DNA of 50,178 bases from Candidatus Saccharibacteria bacterium UBA2112 (GTDB lineage: Bacteria > Patescibacteriota > Saccharimonadia > Saccharimonadales > Saccharimonadaceae): positions 1-50,178 of the forward strand of contig DCYK01000013.1 in assembly GCA_002331045.1 (NCBI GenBank), read 5' to 3'. The number at the start of each line of letters is the position of its first letter. Position 1 is the first letter of the stretch. The notes below the pieces were generated by a model, which was given only the letters and a program-made list of their open reading frames with translations, was not told where the DNA came from and did no database searches. A program made the translations under genes and the position numbers. Below are positions 43,087 to 50,178 of the stretch, piece by piece.

Positions 43087-43665
43087 ATGAGTGAGCAATT
43101 CCGACCTACCTACCAACCACTAGAAGAACGACCCGAATATCAAGAGGCGACGACCGAAGAGCTTGAGATTACCACCGACCTCATAGACGAACTTCTCATA
43201 CCAAGCGAAAATCGTGCAAGTGGTGCAGTTCGCTCCGTATCATCAAGTGATGCGCTACACACTTCGATTAGCCAGTCGTTTTCTTATGTAGAGCGAGGAG
43301 CTCATTCAGGTCTAACACTATGGCCACCATCGGAGGCAGAGGTAACCCTATCCTATAGCAAAGATAAACGCCAACCCACCAAAGAGTATTACCAAGTCGC
43401 TATCTCGCACACCATTCATCAGACCGGTATTAATCCGCCGCCACTGCTCAGTGTATATACGATTGAGTACTTTGGTGAACAAAGAGAAAGCGCTAAAGCG
43501 ACCATTGAAGCAAATGACGTTCTTAACGACTCACCCTTTAGCCTCGAGGCGCGCCCAATCACCCGATACGATAATGAGCAAGGCTTGTTTCAGGAGCTCA
43601 GTTTTATCACAAGGCTCCAGTTCACTCAAGCACACGAACAGTCCATACTTGATCATCTCGATTAG
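43087..43665 (+). CDS. Hypothetical protein (192 aa)
   Basis: A long ORF with an acidic N-terminus. No motif recognised. Confidence 0.45.
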   Translation: MSEQFRPTYQPLEERPEYQEATTEELEITTDLIDELLIPSENRASGAVRSVSSSDALHTSISQSFSYVERGAHSGLTLWPPSEAEVTLSYSKDKRQPTKEYYQVAISHTIHQTGINPPPLLSVYTIEYFGEQRESAKATIEANDVLNDSPFSLEARPITRYDNEQGLFQELSFITRLQFTQAHEQSILDHLD

Positions 43666-43793
43666 TTTCTCGCCAGATATGTTGACTGCATCAATTTATA
43701 TGTTATTATAGATTCACTATGATTCTGTCTTAGAATCCTCTGTAGAACGCATATCACACCCTTTCGTTCGGCTAAAGCATACCTAAATAGCCC

Positions 43794-43855
43794 GGAATTC
43801 CCCCGAGATGCGTTGAAGTAGCAACGGCTACTCCTCCTTATCTCGGAAAAATTCC
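43794..43855. other. Long interrupted hairpin (candidate structured RNA or protein-binding palindrome)
   Basis: Three stems nest: GGAATT/AATTCC (43794-99 with 43850-55), CCGAGAT/ATCTCGG (43803-09 with 43840-46), and GTAGC/GCTAC (43818-22 with 43827-31) closing an AACG loop. The internal loops are GCGTTGAA and TCCTCCTT. Confidence 0.5.
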
Positions 43856-43984
43856 AAATCAATTTATGAATGTTGTAGCTCGAACAAAGAATATGACATA
43901 CGTTCATCGCCCAACGTTTGGACGGCCAAACCAATAGCGGAACGATTATCTATCACTTATAATTAGAATGAAAGGTTTTTTATT

Positions 43985-45733
43985 TTGGGCACAAATAGAA
44001 ATACACTGAAAATTTACTGGCAACAAGTTCGTAAGTATAAAACGAGCTTTTTCACTATGCTCATCTGTATTCCATCAGGAGCCTTGTTTATTGACACACT
44101 GCTACCGTATTTCCTCTCGCAAAGTATTGGTGGACTGTCTACACAGGACCAACAGGTTGTCATGCAAAATCTTGTATGGAGCTCTATCGTCGGCATCATT
44201 GGAGCATTATTAAATTTTATTGGCTTCCAGTTTATGGCCAGACACGAGGCTCGCGTTCGTACATCACTAGGCGACGAAACGTTTGCTCAGATTATCAAGA
44301 AAGATGCTCGTTTCTTTGTCGATACAAAAGTAGGCGCCTTAACAAGCCGTTATATTGACTTCGTCCGAAGCGAAACGACACTCCAAGACCTACTCATTAT
44401 TCGAACTCTCGGATTTGTCATCTCATTGTCTGCCGGCATCATTCTACTCAGCATACACTCACTGCCGGTCGGCATGTTTATACTAGCGCTTGTCATAGCC
44501 CTCGTTCTCGAAGTTAGATGGAGTATCAAAATTCGCACCCCCCTCCGTCATGCTCGTAAAACCTTAATTGGTGAAATCCACGGCTGGGTCGCTGATGCTG
44601 TAACAAACAATGTTATCGTCAAGACATTCGCCAATGAAGACGGAGAGATAAAGGCATTGAACCGTTTGAATCAACGTCTCGCAAAGGTCTATATAAAAGA
44701 TGTAGGTTTTTTGGCCAGTGAGGGCTCAGCAAGATTATTCCTCACGATTATTTTACAGATCATCGCCATTGCGGGTGCCAGTTATCTTGTATTTAACGGC
44801 GGTCTTGATATTGCATTAATTATCTTTGCACTCACCTATTTACAACGCCTTAGTTCACAAATATTTACCCTTGGTGATATACTCACGGGATATGATCAGG
44901 CGTTGCTCGATGCGGCACCAATGAGCGACATGCTGACAAAGAAAGATACAATTATTGACAAGCACGATGCGACAAAGCTACAAGACATCGTACCAACAGT
45001 TGAGCTACAAAACGTCAATTACCACTACGATGAAAACGGTGTTGCGGCATTAAACAATATCAACCTAGAAATACCCGCAGGTCAGAGAGTCGGACTGGTT
45101 GGTCATAGCGGTGCAGGAAAAACAACAATCACACAGCTCCTCCTTAGATTCGATGACGTAACAAGTGGTGCAATCTTACTGGGTGGCCACGATATTAGAG
45201 ATGTCACGCAAAAAAGCTTGCGTACACAAATCGCTTACGTCCCCCAGGAACCATTGCTATTTCATAGATCATTACGCGAAAACATAGCCTACGGCAACAG
45301 ACAAGCAAACGACGATGCTATACGGTCAGCTGCCAAACATGCTAATGCGCTAGAATTTATCGAAAAACTGCCTGACGGTTTTGATACACTCGTTGGTGAA
45401 CGCGGCGTAAAACTATCTGGCGGGCAGCGACAGCGTATTGCAATTGCACGCGCCATTCTGAAGGATGCGCCAATTCTGCTTCTCGATGAAGCGACGTCAG
45501 CACTGGACAGCGAATCAGAAAAACTAATTCAACAATCACTCGAAACGCTGATGAAGGGTCGAACATCGATTGTCATTGCACATCGCCTGTCAACTATTGC
45601 CAAGCTCGACCGAATCGTCGTTCTAGAAAAAGGCAAGATTATCGAAGACGGTACGCATACAGAATTACTCAAACAAAAAGGGGTCTATGCATCGCTATGG
45701 GCGCATCAATCAGGAGGGTTTATTGAGGAATGA
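43985..45733 (+). CDS. ABC exporter, fused permease + ATPase (MsbA/LmrCD-type half transporter)
   Basis: 582 aa with a TTG start and 6 TM helices. Motifs are Walker A GHSGAGKTT, signature LSGGQRQR and Walker B ILLLDEATSALD. Confidence 0.9.
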   Translation: MGTNRNTLKIYWQQVRKYKTSFFTMLICIPSGALFIDTLLPYFLSQSIGGLSTQDQQVVMQNLVWSSIVGIIGALLNFIGFQFMARHEARVRTSLGDETFAQIIKKDARFFVDTKVGALTSRYIDFVRSETTLQDLLIIRTLGFVISLSAGIILLSIHSLPVGMFILALVIALVLEVRWSIKIRTPLRHARKTLIGEIHGWVADAVTNNVIVKTFANEDGEIKALNRLNQRLAKVYIKDVGFLASEGSARLFLTIILQIIAIAGASYLVFNGGLDIALIIFALTYLQRLSSQIFTLGDILTGYDQALLDAAPMSDMLTKKDTIIDKHDATKLQDIVPTVELQNVNYHYDENGVAALNNINLEIPAGQRVGLVGHSGAGKTTITQLLLRFDDVTSGAILLGGHDIRDVTQKSLRTQIAYVPQEPLLFHRSLRENIAYGNRQANDDAIRSAAKHANALEFIEKLPDGFDTLVGERGVKLSGGQRQRIAIARAILKDAPILLLDEATSALDSESEKLIQQSLETLMKGRTSIVIAHRLSTIAKLDRIVVLEKGKIIEDGTHTELLKQKGVYASLWAHQSGGFIEE

Positions 45734-47511
45734 AACTATTTGCCAAAGCGGATACTGGATTAGCTAAAAAAACAATCGCAATTTACCGCGAAGAGATTCG
45801 TACTGACCGAAAAAGATTCATATTAACCTGCATCTTCGCGCCGATGCAAGGAATGCTTCTTAATATCATTATCCCTTTGATAATTAGCTTCTTCACACAG
45901 TCACTTATAACCAATCCAAAAGACACGACTACCGCTTTATGGCTAGTGGCCGGAGTTGTTATTATATCTGTCCTTACCTTAATCGTGAGTCGTATTGGTT
46001 TTATATCACTATTTCATCACCAAGAATATATGCAGACACGCCTTGCCGAACGAGCTATGCGCGGACTCCTCGCTCACAGTTACGCCTTTTTTGCTAATAA
46101 CAAAGTTGGTTCACTATCGGGTGATGTCGCATCATTCGCGCGATCATATTCCGCAGTAACAGAGAATATTTTCTTTCAAGCAAGTGGACCAATTATCAAC
46201 TTTGTCGTGAGTCTTATTATTATCGCCTTCATTGCGCCTATCATGTTGCCCGTCTTACTTATCCTAACAATCCTTGTCTTTGGTGAAGCAATCTATTCAT
46301 ACAACAGGCGCGGCAAGTTCCGTGCAATACGCAAAGAAATGATGTCACGACTCTTCGGGCTCTTTGCCGACTCACTGGGTAATCATACGCTCGTACGTAT
46401 GTTCGGCCGATCCGACTATGAAGTCGGTCTCACTGTGAAGCAACGTAAAGATATCGAAGAAGTATCTAGAAAGGAGATTTTGGAAATACAAAATAGTTCC
46501 CAAAGACGGGTATCAATCTTGTCGATCTTTCAGGTTATGACTCTACTCATCAGTATGTATCTCGTGTCAGAGTCTTTATTATCTATCGCTGCCTTTATTT
46601 TTATCATTACCTATTTGGGAAGAGTGTCAGGATCAATGCTTGGTCTTACTGGTATTATCCGTATGCTGGAGCAGGCTTTCTTGGATTCGGCAAAAGTAAC
46701 CGAAATCCTTGACAAAACGCCGGAAGTACTTGATGCTCCAAATGCAAAGAAGTTGGATGTGACGAAGGGTAAAATTGTATTCACTAATGTCGACTTCGCA
46801 TATGAAGAAGCAAAGAAGCAAATCGTATTCAAAGATTTCAACCTTACTATAGAAAGTGGTCAAAGTGTTGGCTTGGTCGGTAGAAGTGGTGGCGGTAAAT
46901 CAACGCTCAGTCATTTGCTCCTCCGTTATATGGACATCAAAAAAGGCAAGATAACTATAGACGGTCAAAATATTGCAGAGGTGACGCAAGATAGCCTGCG
47001 CCGATCCATTGCCTTTGTACCGCAAGATCCATTCCTGTTTCACCGATCACTGCGTGACAATATCGCCTATGGCAAGCCCGATGCGAGTGATGATGAAGTG
47101 CGAGCAGCTGCAAAGAAAGCACATGCACTAGAATTTATTGATAAACTACCAGATGGCTTTGACACAATCGTCGGCGAGCGTGGCGTCAAATTATCAGGTG
47201 GGCAACGCCAGCGTATCGCAATTGCTCGAGCGATTCTCAAGGATGCACCAATATTGGTGTTGGACGAGGCAACATCAGCGTTAGACAGCGAATCAGAAGT
47301 TTTAATCCAAAAATCACTCGAGGCTCTCATGAAAGATCGCACGTCTATCGTTATCGCTCATCGCTTGTCGACAATCGCTAAGCTTGATCGCATTATCGTT
47401 TTGGACAACGGCAGAATTGCCGAAGACAATAGCCATAAACACTTGCTCGAAAAAGGTAACATTTACGCAAAATTATGGAAACACCAATCCGGCGGATTTA
47501 TTGAGGAGTAG
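45730..47511 (+). CDS. ABC exporter, fused permease + ATPase (second half of a probable heterodimer)
   Basis: 593 aa. An ATGA overlap links it to the upstream gene. Motifs are Walker A GRSGGGKST, LSGGQRQR and ILVLDEATSALD. Confidence 0.9.
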   Translation: MKLFAKADTGLAKKTIAIYREEIRTDRKRFILTCIFAPMQGMLLNIIIPLIISFFTQSLITNPKDTTTALWLVAGVVIISVLTLIVSRIGFISLFHHQEYMQTRLAERAMRGLLAHSYAFFANNKVGSLSGDVASFARSYSAVTENIFFQASGPIINFVVSLIIIAFIAPIMLPVLLILTILVFGEAIYSYNRRGKFRAIRKEMMSRLFGLFADSLGNHTLVRMFGRSDYEVGLTVKQRKDIEEVSRKEILEIQNSSQRRVSILSIFQVMTLLISMYLVSESLLSIAAFIFIITYLGRVSGSMLGLTGIIRMLEQAFLDSAKVTEILDKTPEVLDAPNAKKLDVTKGKIVFTNVDFAYEEAKKQIVFKDFNLTIESGQSVGLVGRSGGGKSTLSHLLLRYMDIKKGKITIDGQNIAEVTQDSLRRSIAFVPQDPFLFHRSLRDNIAYGKPDASDDEVRAAAKKAHALEFIDKLPDGFDTIVGERGVKLSGGQRQRIAIARAILKDAPILVLDEATSALDSESEVLIQKSLEALMKDRTSIVIAHRLSTIAKLDRIIVLDNGRIAEDNSHKHLLEKGNIYAKLWKHQSGGFIEE

Positions 47512-50167
47512 TTTTATTGCGCCCGGCAGCCCGACGTGCCTTGCGATTACCTATCGAGAATTTCTCGATCGCTTTACGCAAAGTAAGGTAGTTCTTTTTG
47601 GTGCTATCACTCCATACATAGACTGAACGCCCGCCAAGTTCACTTTCTATTCCCTCAAGATACTTAACAAGCGATGTTTGTATTTCTATGAACGCTTTAT
47701 TGTTTTTATACGTCACACCAACCTCTACTGGCTCACCCTCTACATCAATCAGCAACGTATCTGGGGCATTTTTTCGTATAACCTCAGTTTCGTAACTATT
47801 TTCACCAAATGTCATCCTGAGCCGCGTATGCACCTTTCGCTTATGGAGAATATCCGCCAGTGAATACATGTCAGTTACCTCTATATCACGCCACTCTGCT
47901 ATATTCTGTGTTAATATCTCCATTATCTGCTCGTAATCTTCCTCTCTATCGGAGCGATCAACGAGAAGCTCCCGCAAGCGCTCTATCTCTTGATAGATTG
48001 CCCTGGTTTTTGGAGACATTTTCTCTACAGGTTCCTCATCGTAAAATAGTTTTTCAAGAAGTGCTTGAGTCGTTTCCTGACTTGGAGGTACCACTTCTTC
48101 AACATCATCATGAATTGCCTTTCCATCAAAATATACTTCTTTCTTCAGAAGCACCTTACCACGATCGTTTACGATTAAACGACCGTGATCGTAGGTACAT
48201 CGCCACGGAGCATGCTCTATGAGTTGCTCGGTCGTTACATTAGTCCCGTTAACAATCACCGGGTGAGCTTTTAGGTTTTTATTGCGATAATGTTCAAGTA
48301 CAAGGGGTGTACCAACGATAAGCTGAGAGCCCCCATCAATCCTCGTTGACTTCGCAAGCCGCCCCTCGAATCCCTCATTATTACTGTAGCCACTACCGCG
48401 CGAAATGAACAACGTATCACATCCAGCAATAATACAACCGAGAAGTTTTTCACGATCAGCTCGCTTTGGTATTTCAAGTTTTGTAATGTCTAGATCCGCA
48501 TCATTACATAGCCGCTCTAGTAAGCGTCTTGCTTTTTCAAGCCGTTGTTCAACAATATTATATCGCTTTAAATCGGCGGGGGGCATCCATAACGCCTGTA
48601 TAAGAACGTCAAGCTGGACAAGCATATCAGACTGTGCCTCACGGGTGAGTCGCGTCCATCCCTCCATTCCCTGCTCAGTCATCGTAATACCCTCTTGTTG
48701 ACAGGCGCTCACTGTTGCCGCCATCATCAACTCTATGTCCTTGCCATGTCTCCGTGCTTCAACGAGCATCCGCGCATATGTCGGATTGAGTGGCAGCCGC
48801 TGCATTTCTTTACCAATTTCGGTTGCAGCATCACTGTTTAATGCCAGGGCTCCCAACCGCGTCAGTTTGCGGCGTGCATACTCAAGCTCATCCGAGCGAA
48901 CTTCATCCTGCAATTGCAGCTGATCAAGCCGCATACCTGCCTGAGCAAGCTTTAATACATACGGCGCCGGGTCGGTACGTTGGATTGGTGGCACATCATA
49001 CGTATCAACCATGAGGTTTCCGTCACTGTCACGTGGAATTGGGGGATATCCCGGCATTGTCACGTGTTCATATGTACCAGGCATCACCCTGCCAACTCGC
49101 CCTTTACCCTGAATTACATCTGCCTGGGATACCGGTACCTCACGGAGATATCGTACTCCTCGCCTATAATCCCCAACTTTATGATATCCACCATCAAGCA
49201 CGACATGTAGTCCGGGTACAGTAAGACTCATTCGTCCGATATCTGTCGCAAGGATAATCTTACCACCAGGATACTCATGAAAAGCTCGACGCTGCTCCTC
49301 AATCGTTTGGTCACTGTGGAGTTCAAGAATGGTATAGCTCTTTGGAGTTCTTTTTCCTAGCCTACTCCTAATCTCTTCGCGATTATTACGACCCGAAACA
49401 AGAGCCATAATATTGAGCGGATTCTTAGGATCTAAATGAGCGTACTTAAGGATAGCCTCGTGCATACTGTCATCGTTATGAATCTCTTCGACAGGGTACA
49501 TTTGTCCCGGAATGTCTATGACCGGAACATTGGCACCACCCAAAACACGAGAACAATAATCCGCAAATCGTTCGGTGTTAATCGAGGCACTCTGAATAAG
49601 TAACCGTATGTTCTTCTTTAGCGCAAGTGCAATCGCTATGTCAATATTTGGATTTCTCTCGTGCGCTTCATCAGTAATCAAGACATCTTTCTCGGTGATT
49701 ACAGAATCATCACCCATCATTTGCTGAAGCGTGTAGCCATCTGTATGCTCACGAATACGATGTGACGGCAATATATCGTCACCCTCAGTCGCTGTTCTAT
49801 ATGCAACAATGTGGCCATGATCCTGACCTGTTGCTTGCTCCATCTGATACTTTGTAAACTGCGCATTCTCCCGCGTTGCTACAATGCGCGGTTGCGTCAT
49901 ATACACTCTTCGAAATAGTCCCGATTCGTACAACGCCTGAGGTACAAATATACTCTTTCCGTTTCCCGTTCCCGAAGAAAGAATCGTTACAGGATTATCG
50001 GCAACCGTATCCACAATACATTCACGATATCGCGCAACTGGCCATTCGGTATTACCGTATATATAGCCATCTTGCTGCGGTGGTTGTATTGTCCGCTCAC
50101 CTGTTTCAAAGTCAATCCAAACCTGATCCGGCCAGTGGTTAGCGGGAAACTGATTTTTTTCGGTCAT
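47498..50167 (-). CDS. DEAH-box ATP-dependent helicase (HrpA/HrpB-like)
   Basis: 889 aa. It has motif I GTGNGKS, motif II DEAHERN, and helicase C plus HA2-like regions. It converges on, and overlaps by 14 nt, the ABC gene end. Confidence 0.85.
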   Translation of the reverse strand: MTEKNQFPANHWPDQVWIDFETGERTIQPPQQDGYIYGNTEWPVARYRECIVDTVADNPVTILSSGTGNGKSIFVPQALYESGLFRRVYMTQPRIVATRENAQFTKYQMEQATGQDHGHIVAYRTATEGDDILPSHRIREHTDGYTLQQMMGDDSVITEKDVLITDEAHERNPNIDIAIALALKKNIRLLIQSASINTERFADYCSRVLGGANVPVIDIPGQMYPVEEIHNDDSMHEAILKYAHLDPKNPLNIMALVSGRNNREEIRSRLGKRTPKSYTILELHSDQTIEEQRRAFHEYPGGKIILATDIGRMSLTVPGLHVVLDGGYHKVGDYRRGVRYLREVPVSQADVIQGKGRVGRVMPGTYEHVTMPGYPPIPRDSDGNLMVDTYDVPPIQRTDPAPYVLKLAQAGMRLDQLQLQDEVRSDELEYARRKLTRLGALALNSDAATEIGKEMQRLPLNPTYARMLVEARRHGKDIELMMAATVSACQQEGITMTEQGMEGWTRLTREAQSDMLVQLDVLIQALWMPPADLKRYNIVEQRLEKARRLLERLCNDADLDITKLEIPKRADREKLLGCIIAGCDTLFISRGSGYSNNEGFEGRLAKSTRIDGGSQLIVGTPLVLEHYRNKNLKAHPVIVNGTNVTTEQLIEHAPWRCTYDHGRLIVNDRGKVLLKKEVYFDGKAIHDDVEEVVPPSQETTQALLEKLFYDEEPVEKMSPKTRAIYQEIERLRELLVDRSDREEDYEQIMEILTQNIAEWRDIEVTDMYSLADILHKRKVHTRLRMTFGENSYETEVIRKNAPDTLLIDVEGEPVEVGVTYKNNKAFIEIQTSLVKYLEGIESELGGRSVYVWSDSTKKNYLTLRKAIEKFSIGNRKARRAAGRNKTTPQ

Positions 50168-50178
50168 TGATTCACTCG

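Noticed and set aside
43662-43934. A 90-aa minus-strand ORF lies in the intergenic region upstream of the ABC exporters.
   Set aside because: Its composition is rich in Cys, Arg and Ser, and it has no SD. It is spanned by the long hairpin, so the region is more likely non-coding RNA or regulatory DNA.
1-50178. I looked for CRISPR arrays, rRNA genes, IS elements with terminal inverted repeats, and signs of an alternative genetic code (TGA as sense).
   Set aside because: No regularly spaced direct repeats and no transposase-like ORFs were seen. Long ORFs with clear motifs terminate at TGA (for example virB4 at 26668-26670), so the standard code applies.

Overview
This 50 kb bacterial window uses the standard genetic code: TGA, TAA and TAG all act as stops. 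Genes are tightly packed. The content suggests a monoderm or Patescibacteria/Saccharibacteria-like genome (type IV pilin, monoderm-type T4SS, short UvrC), but this taxonomic guess cannot be verified here. Housekeeping genes flank both sides. On the left are the rarA 3' end, a GT4 glycosyltransferase, two GDE-like glycosidases, trehalase, typA and tRNA-Leu(GAG). On the right are a peptide-type SBP, secG, a DUF360 holin-like protein, pepP-like, a type IV pilin, uvrC, VIT1/CCC1, NUDIX, pip, trhO, two ABC exporters and an HrpA-like helicase. Between about 8.1 and 32.7 kb lies what looks like a mosaic integrated conjugative element. It begins with a large serine recombinase whose 3' end runs antisense into tRNA-Leu. 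It then carries an RHH protein, a replication-relaxation-like protein, DUF3768, and an ~8 kb metal/redox cargo: a cytochrome bd subunit I with a non-canonical small partner, two CDF-type transporters, a DUF305-like protein, DsbA, and CHAP hydrolases. Next come a four-gene cluster of small 3-TM proteins plus a ThsB-type TIR-like protein, a complete minimal T4SS operon, a PLD-nuclease three-gene cassette, and a tail-fibre-like surface protein. The best candidate for an undescribed system is the TM/TIR cluster at 20.16-21.88 kb, a possible minimal Thoeris-like or abortive-infection module. The PLD trio at 29.69-30.53 kb is second. All family assignments come from motif recognition by eye. No database search was run.
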